Shown here one piece after another: positions 11,199 to 25,689 of a DNA stretch of 64,000 nucleotides. A program made the position numbers and the translations under genes. Below the pieces are notes generated by a model, which made no database searches, was not told the origin of the DNA, and was given only the letters and a program-made list of their open reading frames with translations. The stretch's first letter is position 1. Every line of letters starts with the position of its first letter. This DNA comes from Paraspadella gotoi (Eukaryota > Animalia > Chaetognatha). Where the stretch lies: contig CM119271.1 of the NCBI GenBank assembly GCA_051294375.1, positions 11,110,341-11,174,340 on the forward strand, written 5' to 3'.

Positions 11199-13221
11199 AA
11201 GACTTAATTTCGGAATGTAGTGCGAGGCTAAAAAAGTATATTGTATCATGATGTCACGTCTTGTCATTTCATTATATCATGTCATGTCTCATGTCGACGG
11301 ACAATACACGTGAATTAAAACATCACTGCGGCGCAACACATTTGAATTTACCGTTTGCTTTGTTTTTTTTTAAATGACGTGTTGCATGTAGATTAATAAA
11401 CAGCCCTTATCTATGACAGGTTTTTTAACTCGAAGACCTTCATTCACGAACGAAACTTGAGCGCCGTTTTCATGGGCCGGAATGGCGCTGCTTGAGGCAT
11501 GTGTTTTCCGTCTTCGAGAGAGTGGACACCGTTCGAGACGGTCTAAGTGGGGCGCGGGGAGATACGTTGCGTGCCCCACTGGCCCAGGCCTCGATGAGAG
11601 AGAGAAAAGTCTGAACATAAGTTTTAAATTGTTTTCCACATTCATTTACATTATTCTGCGATATTTTTTTTTATACTTTTTATTTATTTTAAATTTTTGG
11701 AGCTTCAAATCTAATAGATTGTTAATAAATAAATAAATAATAACAATAATTATAAATAAAGAAGGTTATTTTAAATACCATAGCCTAATTAAAAGTAACT
11801 ATACCTGCTTCATGATGGCGGTGATACTTGTTTCTTTTCGAGGCGCCGTCCCCTAAAAAAAGGGCAAGGGCCCTTGCATTTTTTTTCTCCACTCCCCTGA
11901 GAGTGAAAGGAAATAAAAAAGTGAAAGGGTAGGGGCGAGGATTGGGTGGTGGCTGTGGTGGGGGCTGTAGGGTCATGTGAGGCGGTGGGGCGTGGAGGGT
12001 TTAGGTGGAGTTGTCCACTCACGGCGTATTTCCGTCGTTCGTTACAAAACCGACTCTTTTTTTTTGGTTTTTTGAAAAGAGGGAAAAACTCCCAACGTTT
12101 TAGGCCGGGGAAAAAAAAGGCTTGTCGCGCCCATCCGAACAAAAAAAAAAAACAGAGGAAACAAAAAAAAAAATGAGGAAACGGGGAAAAATAAAAGAAA
12201 AAAGGGAGGGGGAGGAAAGGGGGGAAAAGGAAACCAAAGGGGAGAGAGATAGAGAGAGATGAGAGAGAAGGAAAGAGAGGAGCGAGGAGGTAGAGAGAGG
12301 AGATGAGTCTTTCATCGGCGTCGACCTCTGGTGGGAAGAGAAAAGGAGGGGACGCCGAAGACACCCGACGGATTGACAACGAACGACGACGACGAAACTG
12401 CAACAACGACGATGACGGACGACGACGATGACTACAACAGGTGCACGAAACAACCAAAGACAACAAACCAACGACGAATTGACGACCGACCGGCGGATTG
12501 ACTCTACAACACAACAAAAACACACGACGATGACGACTACAACTGCGACGAGGACAACAAAAACAAACAACAGCAACGACGATGACGACGACGACCGACT
12601 ACCAAAGGCGACGCAGGACAAACCAAAGACAACAACAACAACCTTACGCAAGACGACGAACGACGGACGACAACATCAACGACGACTGGAAGACGTTGGT
12701 AAAAAGAAAAAAATCTTTCTCTTCTTCTGCGACGAAAACAAACAAAGCAAAACATTTTTGAAGCTAAAAAAAAAAAAAAACTTTTCGTCGCGGGCAGCAG
12801 AACAAAGAAAAAAACGGGCGGGGGAAAGAGTGAAAGAGAGAGGAGAGGAGGAGAGAAAAGAGAGGAGGGAAAAGAGACGGGAAGAGAGATCAAGAGAGAG
12901 AGAGAAGGAGAGAGGCGAGCGTGACCCAGGAAGAGAGAGAGAGAAGAGGGAAGGGAAAGATATTAGAGATAAGGGGAAAGAGAGAGAATATGGAGAGAAA
13001 GGCCGAGGGAAAAGAGAAAGATAATGAGACCAGAGATGGAGAGAGGAGGTGACGTGGAGAGAGATAGATGCGAAAGGAGAGAGTTAGAGAGAGTTGTGGA
13101 CAGAGAGAGGAGAAACATGAAGAGAGAAGGCCCCTCCAGGTTAAACCCCGCCGGTTCTCGAGGCGAAAGATTGTCGCTTTTTCGGCCAATTGGGAACGGA
13201 AACAAGCTTGCTCGTTTGGAA

Positions 13222-13560
13222 CGGAAGTGGTGACCGGCAAGTGCGTGACCGGAAAGTGGTGACCGGATAAGTGGTGACCGCGAAGTGGTGACCGGAAGTG
13301 GTGACCGTCAACAGGCAGCACTCTCGGCCCCATATCAACAGGCGGCACTTTTACTTTCCGAATCAAAACAGGCGTCACTTCATAGCGGGAAGAAATTAGA
13401 ACGGGCGGCAACCACTCCCCGTGATCAACAGGCCGAACTCCTATTCCCCGTTTCAACAGGCGGCACCTCACGTTCTCAGGAATGAACAGGGCGAGGACAC
13501 CCTTTCTTGGATCAGCAGGGCGGCAAATCCACGTCCCCGGAAATTCAACAAGGCCTTCTA
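13222..13560 (+). repeat. Noisy copy of the 13-bp x6 array plus ~27-bp array
   Basis: Six CGGAAGTGGTGAC units with single-base insertions (13222-13305), then TCAACAGGC-headed units with the same tails, in the same order, as 34414-34650. Confidence 0.85.
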
Positions 13561-14374
13561 ATTCCGCATCCGATATTTCGCTCGCTTCTGGAGGGAAAAA
13601 AAAATCTCCGTTTGTTTGTTGTCGTCGTCGTCAGAGTCGTCATCGTCCCCCCGTCTCGACTTCCGCAACGATATTTTAGACCAAAGGATTTTACACCAAG
13701 CGACATCCGGCAAAATTTTCTCAAAAGAAAAAAAAAATAAATAGATGAAATTTTTTAGAGAAAATTCAGATGGGAAAAAAATGCCAACGGAATTAATTTA
13801 TTAATGTTTTATAGTTTTTTAATTGAGCCTTTTGAAAAACTATATATATCTGCGGAATTGACGTTAAAATGTGCCCACAGTATTATCTTGCCTTTCCTTG
13901 ACATAACCTAATCTGTCCTTTGTCCTGGCCTTAGATTTGCTTTTTTAAAATTCTACCCCCGACCTCCTTGTCCTTGATTTTACCTTGCATTAGCCTTTTG
14001 TTCCCATGCCTTGCCATTGCCTTGCCCTTAACTCTCCTGCCATACTTTACTTGAACGGCCTTAAAACCTCCCAGGAACACGTTTCACGTCGGGCTTAGAA
14101 GCGGTTAAAAAAAGTAGCGGAATAGACATCTGAGAGCCCTACTTTATAGCCTTATTACACAGCCTTGCCTCGCCTTGCCTTCCGCACTGAATTGTATCAA
14201 TCGCTATAAGAAATTCTCTCTTGAAACCCGAGAGGGGGTTTTTCTCTACAAAGCCGAAGGAATTTTTCGTTAGGCCGGAGCCGAGGCCGTCGAGCTTGGG
14301 CTCGCCAGAATTTCGAGGACTGGAATGGAAATTTTAATAGAAGAGAGGAGAGAGAGGAAGAGAGAGAGAGAGAA

Positions 14375-14436
<62 letters not shown>

Positions 14437-14553
14437 AATTCTTCAACAATTTAAAAATTGCGTTTGCAATCCGCAAGAGTGTGAAGCAGAGAGAGAGAGA
14501 GGTGGAGAAAGAAGAAAGAGAAGAGGAGGAGAAGAGAGCACGTGGATGGAGAG

Positions 14554-14590
<37 letters not shown>

Positions 14591-15578
14591 TCTAGCCGCC
14601 TCAAATCTGGGTTCAGCGCGCGAAAATTCCTCTCGAGGTTTTTTGAGGCCGCAGGAGGAAAGAAAAAGGGAGGAAAGTAGGAAAGGAAAGGAAAAGGGGA
14701 GGAAAAGGGAAAGAAAAGGGGAGGGAAAGGAAAGGAAAGGGAAGGAAGGAAGGAAAAGGGGAGGGAAAGGAAGGAAAGGAAAGGAAAGGAAAAAAAAAGG
14801 GGGGGGAGGAAAGGAAAGGAAAGGGTCAGGAGAAGGGAAAGGAAAGAAAGGGGAAGACGGAAAGGAAAGGAAAAGGGAGGAAAGCCCCGGCGCCGCAACG
14901 AGAATTATGAGACAAGTATTTGCGCCTGAGTTCCACCATCTGATTAGGTAATTGATTTAACGAAACCTTGAAACTTTCAATTAATATCGGAACCGAAGAG
15001 GAAATTATTACCCGTTAAATTTTCTTTTTTTTTAAACGGAAATATACCAAACTATAATGTGATTGGTTGACTTAAACCAAACTAGACGTTGTTCAATTAT
15101 ACAAACTGCGTTTAAAAAAATTTTTTAAAAGGCGATTTTAAAACGAATATTTTGTTTAAAATTTTAAATCTTTGGGATTTAAGTTTTTAATACTTAAGTT
15201 TTACCACTTTAAAGTATTTTATGACTCTTATAATGGTTATTTTTCCAAATACTATTATCCTATATAGTATTATAGAAAATTACATATCGTTAACCTATGC
15301 GATCTTGAGTGGGAGTAAGTGAGTGGTGCCCGAGTTCACGTATTACCAATTTTCTTTAAAATTGACATTGCCAAAAAATCAGTCGTCTGTCAACATTCCC
15401 TCCACTCTCCCAGAGGAAGGCTCTTTGAAAAGGGGCGGCGCAAGCGAAGGGGCGCGACACTAGCGTGACGACGGCGTAACAAGCGGACCGTCTCGCGCGC
15501 GGCGGGCGCCGGTTCTGCGCGTCACGCGTTCGAGACGAGCGAAGCGACCGGAAAAATGTTGACCTTTTTCTCTCGCTC

Positions 15579-15609
<31 letters not shown>

Positions 15610-16399
15610 TCCTCTCTTCTCTCTTCTCTTCTCTCTCTTTCTCTCTCTCTCTCCTTCCTCGTCGACGCGATGAGGCGCTACTGGTTTTGTTTTTGGATTT
15701 TTCGTTTTTTTTTTTTTGGTGACAAAAGTTGACTTTTTGTTTTTATTTTTCTGGTTTTGTTGTCGAGAAAAAAAAGGGGAAAAATAAAGACGACTGTCGC
15801 GCCTCTGTGCTTAGGGATTTGTAGATTTATTTTCGAGAAACAAAAGGCAATCTCGCGCCTCAAAGATTTACAATTACATAACAAAAGAGGAAGAAAGATT
15901 TTTAGACTGAACCAAAATGAGATGAAAACGATTAGTAGAATCAGAAGAGCTAATGGAATCGAATTGGTTTTATTGTAGCGACAATTGTGGCATTCATTTT
16001 TATGGGGAGATACCTCAAGAATAAACCCGTAAACAAAACAATTACTAAAAAAAATCAGGTGATTTTTTTTTTGGATAGAGGGACCAAACAAAATTTCCTT
16101 TTCCCAAATAATAGTATTACTCAGAATCCCCGCTTAAATTTGTGAAAAACAATAGATTAAAAGTCAGTAATGATGTTTAACCTAATTATTATTGTTAAAA
16201 TTTAAGTTGAGATTAAGTAGTGATTAAGTAGTGATAATGGAACACAAATGTTGGAGGTCTGGAGAAGAGAGCCAAACCCTTTTCCCGTCTTTATTCTTAT
16301 AATTTTATATTTTTATTTGATTACCTGAAGCCGCCGCTATTAGTAGTCGCTTAAATTTTGGAAATTTACTGTCTTAAAACCAAATGAGCAACCAAACTA

Positions 16400-16550
16400 T
16401 AGGCGAGTTATGAGCTTTTTTTTTTAACGTTAAGTGGGACAGACCGACGGACCGACCGACGGACAGAACCGACGGACAGGTCGGACCCGACCGACGACCG
16501 TCAAATACCGAAAAGTGTCTCATAGAGTTGCTCCGCGAGTTACTCGCGGC
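16400..16550 (+). mobile_element. Helentron/DINE-1 (HINE)-like non-autonomous element end
   Basis: GACC/GACG/GACA tetramer microsatellite, then AAGTGTCTCATAGAGTTGC and the hairpin CCGCGAGT-T-ACTCGCGG (16533-16549). A related inverted copy (TTTTTAACGTAAGTGGGA..GACCGACGGAC) lies at ~9820-9900. Family assignment is by architectural analogy only. Confidence 0.4.
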
Positions 16551-16831
16551 GCTATTTATAACCCTACCAAAACAAAACCAAAAAATTTGTGATTTTCGTC
16601 CGATCGTTTTCGATTTTTCGAGGCGACGACCCTCGTTTCGGTTCCCTTTCGTTTCTCCTTTGGGGATTGGGACTCCTGATCCCCTGAGGGAAAAGGGGGG
16701 GGGGAAAGTAGGTTTGGGGTGGAGGTTGGGCGAGATCTGGAAGGGGGGAGGGGAGGGGGTCGGTCCCTCCTTTAGATTTTTTCTCGCTTTCGTCGATTTT
16801 CTTTCGCGGCTTATTGAAATTTCCGCCCCCT

Positions 16832-16889
<58 letters not shown>

Positions 16890-16893
16890 TCTC

Positions 16894-16927
<34 letters not shown>

Positions 16928-17585
16928 ACTCTTTCCTTCTTTCTGCTCCTCGAGTTTACAAAACTTCCTTCCAGTCCATTTTTTTTTCTTCTCTTCTTTT
17001 TTTAATTTATTCCTTTCTTTTCCTTCGTTTATTACTTTTTTTATTTCTATTCGATTCTATTCTATTCTATTCTATTTCTATTCTATTCTTCTATTCTATT
17101 CTATTCTATTCTATCTTTCTTATTTCTTTTCTATTCTATTTTATTCTATTTTTTCTTTTCTTTTCTCTTTCTTTCTTTCTTTCTTTTCTTTCTTTTTTTC
17201 TTCTTTTTTCTTTCTTTTCTTTTCTTCTTTCTTTTTCTTTTCTTTTCTTTTCTTTTTCTTTTCTTTTCTTTTCTTTTCTTTCCTTTCTTTGGTTTATTTT
17301 TTATTTCTTTTCTTTACTTTTTTCCTTACTTCCTTTTTTGAATTTTTTTTATTATTATTTATTAATTCTTCATCCATCCGTCCGTCCGTCCAATCCGTCC
17401 CACCAAAATCTTTTTCCTCTTTTTTTATGAGGGAAGTTCTAGGCGTATTACCGGCGGGACAAAGCTGCCTATTTATCCCGCGCATTGCTTGGTATTGATT
17501 AACCCGGGTCGCAATTTTGTCTTTTCGGAATTGATGTAAAGAGGGGCGTTGCTCTATACTAAATGGGATCGTTTAGGCCGAAATT

Positions 17586-17680
<95 letters not shown>

Positions 17681-18443
17681 CCATGTTAACGCATTTCAAT
17701 GTTAGCGAGATAAAAAGAAAATATTTTAGACCGCCGAGGGTCAAGACAGGAAAGACGGAAAAAACGTATCACAAAAATTTGCGTCACGGATAAAAGAAGG
17801 AGAACCAAAATTATTTTTTATAAGTCGTCTTTGTATCGAATCGACTTTCTTTCTTTTCTTTTCTTTTCTTTTCTTTTTCTTTTCTTTTCTTTCTTTTTCT
17901 TTTCTTTTCTTTTTCTTTTCTTTTCTTTTCTTTTCTTTTCCTTTTTTTTCTTTTCTTTCTTTTCTTTCCCTTTGATTCTTTCTCTTATTCTCCTTCCTTT
18001 TGTCTTGTCTTGTCTTGTCTTGTCTTGTCTTGTCTTCTCATCTCTTCTCTTTCTCTCCTCTTTTCTTTTCTTTCTCTTCTTTTTCCTTGTTTTCTTTCTC
18101 TATTCTCCTCCTTTGTCTTGTCTGTTCTTGTCTCTATCTCTATTCTCTTCTCTCCTCTTCTTTTTTCTCCTTTTCCCTTTGTTTTCTTTCTCTTTTCTTC
18201 TACTTTGTTTCGTCTTGTTTGTCTTTCTCATCTTTCTCTTTCTCTCCTCTTCTTTTCTCTTTCTCTTTTTCTTCATCCTTCAGTCTTCTCGTTTTCTCTC
18301 TCGCCGTACTTTATTTTATTTCTTTATACCCCTATTACTGTCTCTCTTCCCTATCTTCTTCTCTCTCTCTTTCCCCTCCCCTCAGGTCAATTTCGGGACT
18401 CCTCGATGAGATGAACCTGGGTCATTTATCCTGGCGCCTCTCT

Positions 18444-18510
<67 letters not shown>

Positions 18511-18682
18511 TGTTCTCTCTCTCTCTCCCTTTCGGCCTTTCGGGTCCATGGTTGTGTGGTTCAGTGTCTCTGGTGTCTATGAGAATCCTCCTCCTCCTCC
18601 TCCTTCCTCCTCTCTACCTCCTTCTCCTCCCCCCCCTTCTCTTTCGAAGCGGCTTAGCGCAGAAGACGATCTCTCTCTTTTT

Positions 18683-19332
18683 TCGGACGAGTAGTGGGGT
18701 ATGAAATACTACCACTACAAAGACTTAATTCGGATGTAGTGCGAGGGCTAAAAAAGTTATTGTATCCATGTCATGTCACGTCTTGTCATTTCATTTTATA
18801 TCATGTCATGTCATGTCACGGACAATACACGTGATAAAACATCACTGCGGCGCAACACATTTGAATTACCGTTCTTGTTTTTTTTTTAAATGACGTGTTG
18901 TGTAGAATGGACAGTTTTTTACTCGAAGACCTCATTCACGAAACTGAGCGCGTTCATGGGCCGGAATGGGCTTGAGAGTGTTCGTCGAGAGAGTGGACAC
19001 CGTTCGAGACGGTCTAAGTGGGCGCGGGAGAGACGTTGCGTGCCCCACTGGCCCAGGCCTCGATGAGAGAGAAAGTCTTGACATAAGTTTTAAATTGTTT
19101 CCACATTCATTTTACATTTATTCTGCGATATTTTTTTTTATATTTGATTTATTTTAAATTTTGGAGGCTTCAATCTAATAGATGTTATAAATAAATAAAT
19201 AATAACAATAAATTATAAATAAAGTTATTTTAAATACCATACCTAATTAAAAGTAACTTACCTGCTCATGATGGGGTGATACTTGTCTTTCGAGGGCCGT
19301 CCTAAAAAAAGGGAAGGGCCCTGCCATTTTTC
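18683..19332 (+). other. Second copy of the TRIM right junction and flank (equivalent to ~11165-11885)
   Basis: Cleaner LTR terminus TCGGACGAGTAGTGGGGTATGAAATACTACCACTACA (18683-18719), then AAGACTTAATT and the same flank as after 11198. Confidence 0.9.
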
Positions 19333-19625
19333 NNNNNNNNNNNNNNNNNNNNNNNNNNNNNNNNNNNNNNNNNNNNNNNNNNNNNNNNNNNNNNNNNNNN
19401 NNNNNNNNNNNNNNNNNNNNNNNNNNNNNNNNNNNNNNNNNNNNNNNNNNNNNNNNNNNNNNNNNNNNNNNNNNNNNNNNNNNNNNNNNNNNNNNNNNNN
19501 NNNNNNNNNNNNNNNNNNNNNNNNNNNNNNNNNNNNNNNNNNNNNNNNNNNNNNNNNNNNNNNNNNNNNNNNNNNNNNNNNNNNNNNNNNNNNNNNNNNN
19601 NNNNNNNNNNNNNNNNNNNNNNNNN

Positions 19626-19662
<37 letters not shown>

Positions 19663-19772
19663 TCTTTTCAATCGGCGTCGACTCTGGGAAGAGAAAAGGA
19701 GGGACGCCGAAGACGACGACGATGACAACGACGACGACGACGACTGCAACAACGACGATGACGACGACGACG

Positions 19773-22700
19773 CATCGTCGTTGCTGTTGTTGTTTTTGTT
19801 GTCACTCGTCGCAGTTGTAGTCGTGCATCGTCGTTGTTGTTGGTTGTCTGTAGTCATCGCCGTCGTCGTCATCCGTCGTTGTTGTTGTCTTTGTTGTTGC
19901 TCGTCACGCGTTGAGTCATCGTCGCCGTCGTCATCGGTCGTTGTTGCAGTCGTCGTCGTCGTCGTTGTCATCGTCGTCGTCTTCGGCGTCCCTTCTTTTC
20001 TCTCGCGAGAGTCGACTGCCGATTGAAAAGAGGCTCTCTGTCTCTCTCCTCTCGTCTCCTCTCTCCATTCTCTCTCTCTCTCTCTCTGCTCGCCATCAAG
20101 TCACTGCAATCGTCACGGAATCAACTACGTCAGTCAAGAAGAAAGATAAAAAAACATGCATACAAGTGGGTCTCTCTCTGTCAGTTAAGAGTTCTCTCAT
20201 CTCCCTATTTGTGGTTCTTACCATTTCTTTTTGTTTGTTTGTGATACATTCTCAGTCGCTTTTTTTATTTTCTATTTGTTTTCGGTAGGTATGGCCGCGA
20301 CGGCCCGCCTTTTTTTCGCCTCGCCTCAAAAAACGGATTTTAGGGGAGTTTTTTCGACCTCTTTTTTTTCAAAAAAATTATAAGAAGAAACACGACAAAA
20401 TAAAAAAAGAGTCGAGTTGATATTTGTAGTATTCGTGAGATTCGGAGATGATTATCTTCGCCTGTGAACACTGTTGTATAGATCTCTGTTCAACTGTAAC
20501 AACTCTCCACCCCCCACCGTAGCCTCTACACACTGACCCCTACCATTGACATGCCCTACCTCCACTCATCTTACGCACCCATACCTAACTTACTATCTAA
20601 TTTTTATGAGATCCTTTCACTCTCAGGGGAGTGGAAGAAAAAAATGTGCAAGGGGTCTCCCTGTTTTTCTCTTTCCTTTTTTGAAGTGTGACGGCCCCCG
20701 AATATGACCAAGTATCACCAAATTTCTCTTTTTTTACAATTACTCATCATTGAGTGAGTAAGTTACTTATATTATTTAGGTATGGTTTTAATAGAGAAAA
20801 ACTTTATTTATAATTTTTTTTATTTATATTTAATTTATTTAATTAAGATCTATTCGATGTGAAGCCTCCAAAATTAAAATAAATCAAATATAAAAAAAAT
20901 ATCGCACGAATTAAATGTAAAATGAAATCGTGGACAACAATATTTAAACATCTTATGTCGAATTGCAGTTTTCTCGTCCAATCATATCGAGGCCTGGCGC
21001 CAAGTGGGGCACGGCAACGTCTCTCTCAGCATGCCCACTTATTGACAGTCGCTCGAACGGTTGTCCATTGTCAGTCTGCGAAGAAACACTCTCACAGCAG
21101 CCATTTAGACTCCGTTTGCCCTCATGAATCGCTGGAGACTCAGATGCGCGAGAGTGAGGTTCATCGGAGTATCCTAGAAACTTGTTCCGCGATTCTCTTA
21201 ATCATCACACGATCAATGTATAAATGATATATGTTGCATAAAACTGGTAATTCATAATTGTGTTTCATGTTTTGTAAATAGCTCCTCGCTCAGTTGATTA
21301 GTTATTTAGGATGCACGGTGTATTCGGTTTACGTAGGATACGCATTGGTAACTATAGCCAACAGTGATATTATGAAACAAATGAAAAAAATTAGAAAAAA
21401 AAACAATAATGTTAACCCGGGGTAGGAATCTAAAGAGTGACATGATATGGAAATTGGACAATAAATACTTTTGTTTTCAACCATGCACAATTCAATCAAG
21501 GACTATTAGAGTCTTTTATTTTATTCTTTGGTTCTCTGTCTGTGAGAAAGGAGAGTCTGCCATGGCTCTCGAGCTAGAGATCGCTTAAAATTACGAGGAT
21601 TTTACCTCGTTACAACTGAGCAATTATCGGAGCAAATCGTATATTAACCCCATGAACTTATTATATGTTCCCAATATATGTTACTGAGCATTTTTTACTG
21701 TAATGTGGGCCACAGACGACGGACACGACCAGACCGACGGCGAAAATACGGCGAGAAACGAAAGCTGAACGCTGAAACTCTAAGCTGATTTTACATATCA
21801 TTCCAAATCTCCGACTAAAATACCACGGCTAGAGTTCGATTCTGAATTTGCTCATATACTGTTCTTGATGTCAAAGTATCGCCCAGACCGTCAAAATGCA
21901 CCACGATCCACACAATGCACAAAAGTTTACGGTAAAGACCAGTTTCCACACAAATCGCCACCAATGATGAAAATGTGTTTAAATCAGTACATGAAAGAGA
22001 TATAGAGTGTCTGTTTTGTCGAGGATCAGATGAACTGCAAATTCCGCCCTCGCCAAGAGAGGTGTGACCGTTATTATCCTGTCTGTTCTGAATAGATTGA
22101 GCGAACGGAATCACGAGAGCAGAAGGCGAAAAACAAACGAATAATTCCTTCTTGGAGCGAATTTTACTGAAAGAGAATTGTGTAGGGTTTCTTTTAAAGC
22201 CAGATATTCCTTCGCAAACATATTTCTTTGCCGTCTTCTTTATTAATCATCTCTGGCCATCTCAAATTTCACGCCATTGTTGAGAGAAAGACTCTCGTCT
22301 CTCTCGCGATCCGTTTTTGATATCCTCTTTTTTGTGTTCGATCATACTGGTCAGAATTCCACTTCGGGCGTATGACAACATTCTAAATACCATTTTTTCA
22401 CTTCTAATCACTTTTTGGTTGCGTACGCACTCAATGGCCACAGTATTACTTTAGGTCTTGGGAATATAATACATTTTATGAGACACCATGGTTCAATTCA
22501 CTGCTAATCATCAACGAGTCCATTATGCAATCGTGTAATGCGTCTCGCTGCGCTAATCAATTTTCTTTGCGAGCCTCTTATCTCGGAAATCTTTATTTGG
22601 ACCTCGTATGCTTTGGTGTGCACCCAATTTCTCGCGTCATCTGAAATGGCCGTCATCCTTTACCGTTTCCTGTCATTTTCGCCGCATTGGCCCTCTCCTC

Positions 22701-25494
22701 CTCAAAGGGAGAGTATGTACTTTCTCAACTCGTTGAGAGATTTCGATTTACAGGATGGTGCCGGTCCACTCAGGAATCATGTCGTCCGAGACAGAGTAGA
22801 GTAGAGTATGTCAGAATGAGACCGAGAGAGAAGAGAGAGAGGGTAGAAGGAGAGAGAGAAGAGACGACGAGAAGGAGAGAGAGAAATGAGAGTCTACGAT
22901 ATTCGATCTTGGAGACACAGTCAGAGGTGATGTTGTTCAAGTTTAAGAAGCTCTAAATATAAATCACAAATTGGAGAGGACGGGATGAGAGAACGAGAGA
23001 AGAGAGACGAGAGATCGAGAGAATTTGGAGGAAGTATGATGAGAGGAGAGTGGGACCGAGAGAGCAGATATCACGCCGGGAGTAGAGACAGAAGATGAGA
23101 GAAGAGAGAAGCAAGATAAAGTCATTCCCGATAACAAAATTGGGCCGACAAAAACTCCAAAAGATGCGCTCACTCTCGGCTTTATTTCAATCATGGGATA
23201 TTTTTTTGTTTTGAATAATGGAAATAAAACTAAATAAATTCTATTAGCATCTTATTTTTATATATCCTTTTTAATCGCGATTTTTTTCAAAAATCGACTC
23301 GGCATCATGTATATATATATTTCCAGTATATCGTTTTTTTTTTTTTAAAAAAAGGCGTTCAAACGTTTACTCTCTCCCCAGGAGGTGGATTGACTGGCTA
23401 GCATTCCCCCGACACGACTCTCTCATCCTCCGTCGACACCCCACGGTCGTTTGAGGCCACTTTATCGTGCTCTTTATTACTACCGACGTCGCACGTTCTC
23501 TCCTGGAGTGGCAGCGGACTTCGGCAACCGTTCACACACAACCAACCCAATGACGTCTCGCGGGCTGGGTGCTCGTTCTGACACTTTTTCCCTGACACGG
23601 ATCTTTTAGGACGGATATGAGCAAATTTACTCTTTTTCGCACCTGGCTTTGCACCGGGCCCGAGAAGCGAGGGAGAAGAGAGAGAAGAGAGAAGAGGAGA
23701 ATGTAAGAGAAGTTATAGTAGAGAGAGTAGTCAGAAGAGGACAGAGATGAGAATGATGAGAAGATGAGTAGAGTAGAGAAGTGGATATGAGGAACGTATA
23801 GCTCAACGCGCAAATTCAGTCAACTTATAGGATGCTATTGTTTACAAGAAAATGTGGAAAAAAGCTTTTTCTCTCGTTCTTTATCTTCTTATCTTCACTT
23901 CTCTGCCTTCATCATCTCTCTAACTCATCGTCATAACACTTATCATACATACAAAAAATATGTCGTCTACATCTATCTCTTTTCTCTATCTCTCTTCTGA
24001 CACCTTTGCATAAGATTGAGAGATAAAGTGGCAATTGAGTTGACATGAAAATACACTTCGCCAAGAGCTCCAACACAAAAGCCGCTTTATAAATGCAACT
24101 GAAGGCAAGATAACTAATAAATGTAATAAGTGCCAACTTATAATTTTTATATATAATCCTATGTAACTCATGACATTTTTTTTTGAGATTTATGCTTTCT
24201 TTTTGGTTCAAACTCTACTGATTGAAGTAGTACTGTATTATAGATATAAAAAATAGAAAAAAGGTTAGATATGTGTGGAAAACAGAAAACTCACTAATAT
24301 ATTGGAGTGGAAAAAAATTCTTTCCACTAATTAAAGATCTGCTTCTAATTTACTTAAAAAGATTTATTTATGGAAGAAAATAATTCACTCGTTAAAACCA
24401 GTTATTTGAGTTGGTGAGAGAGAGAGAGAGAGAAAGAAAGTAGAGATGGAATGTAGAGCAGAGTAAGTGAGAGTATGAAGTAGTATTATAGAGAGTAGAG
24501 AATAGAAGCCAAATTGTTTTTTACTATTAATAGCATGAGCGAGAGGAGAGAAAGAGGAGTTGTGATCGACATGCACGCTTTATATCATAAATTTTATTAC
24601 AGATGTGCGATTGATATCAATTTTTTTTAAAATAAATATCAAACTGTCAATTTTCTTCTAAAAAAATTAAGTTTTGAGATTGTTTTTTTATAAGATAATA
24701 TAAGATAATAATATAATAGATATAAGATATGTCAAAAACAAGTTTGGCAAACAATGCTCGGAATCTGCCTACGATATTATTAATTAATAGATTAATTAAT
24801 TGAATTAATAGATTTAATTAATTAATTACTTTTAATAAAAGTTTCAATATTATCTAATATTCCATTGAATTAACAACTCTAAAGTTGTCAAAACAAAAGT
24901 GATATACTTTTTCGCGCCAAATATAAATATTATTCCTCCCGATTATTTTTCAACTGTTAACAATCCGTATGTTTTAAACAATTTAAAACAATGACTTTAA
25001 ATAGGTATTGCTATAAAAATTATACTTTAAATAAGAATATTGGTCTCTGCGTGTAATTGCCGATCAAAATATAGGATCGTTAACGGCGCGACTAAAAAGT
25101 TACCCCGTGAAAGCTTTTGCCTTGCAAGTCCTCGCTAATAGCCCCATGCCACTATTTATGTTATAAGTTGTCAAACAATTGCATTGCTATTGGTTGGGTG
25201 TGAAATAAAACAACAGCCACTTTTAAATTTCTTCTATTAAATTAAATTTGGAATTAAATAAACAATGTCAGTTTTGTTAACACCATATTCCCGTTTATTT
25301 TTGTAAGAAATAGTGAAAATGTCAAGAAATCTATTTTTTGGGTGGGAAACAAACGACCACATGAATGTCCTTTCTTTATTTACCGATTTTTTTCACGCTC
25401 ATGTTTCCCTGTCAGCTTCATACTAAAGTCTTTTTTAATTTGACACAACTTAGCAGTTATGTTCTTATCAGAGCCTTCGGCTTAAAGAGATGTT
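19773..25494 (-). other. Noisy reverse-complement re-read of ~7000-12590 lacking the TRIM
   Basis: Anchors: ~20850-21030 is the reverse complement of ~11560-11710; ~21710-21850 of ~9740-9870; ~25330-25494 of ~7000-7170. Ends at a 25-N gap. Confidence 0.85.
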
Positions 25495-25689
25495 NNNNNN
25501 NNNNNNNNNNNNNNNNNNNACGACGACGACGACTACAAAGGCGACGAGGACAACAAAGACAACAACAACTACGAAGACGACGACGACGACGACATCAACG
25601 ACGACCGGAAGACGTGAAAAAGAAAATCTTTCTCTTCTTCTGCGACGAAAACAAAGCAAAACATTTTGAAGCTAAAAAAAAAAAAAAAA

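Noticed and set aside
12428-18704. Long ORFs of 150-300 aa (T/D-, R/E/K- or S/L/F-rich)
   Set aside because: Translations of GAC, GA and CTTTT microsatellites that happen to lack stops; not conserved in frame between duplicate copies.
19626-20050. Long hairpin or palindrome (miRNA or MITE)
   Set aside because: It is the junction where a reverse-orientation read of the same locus was appended. The fold-backs at ~51311-51581 and ~53820-54860 have the same likely explanation.
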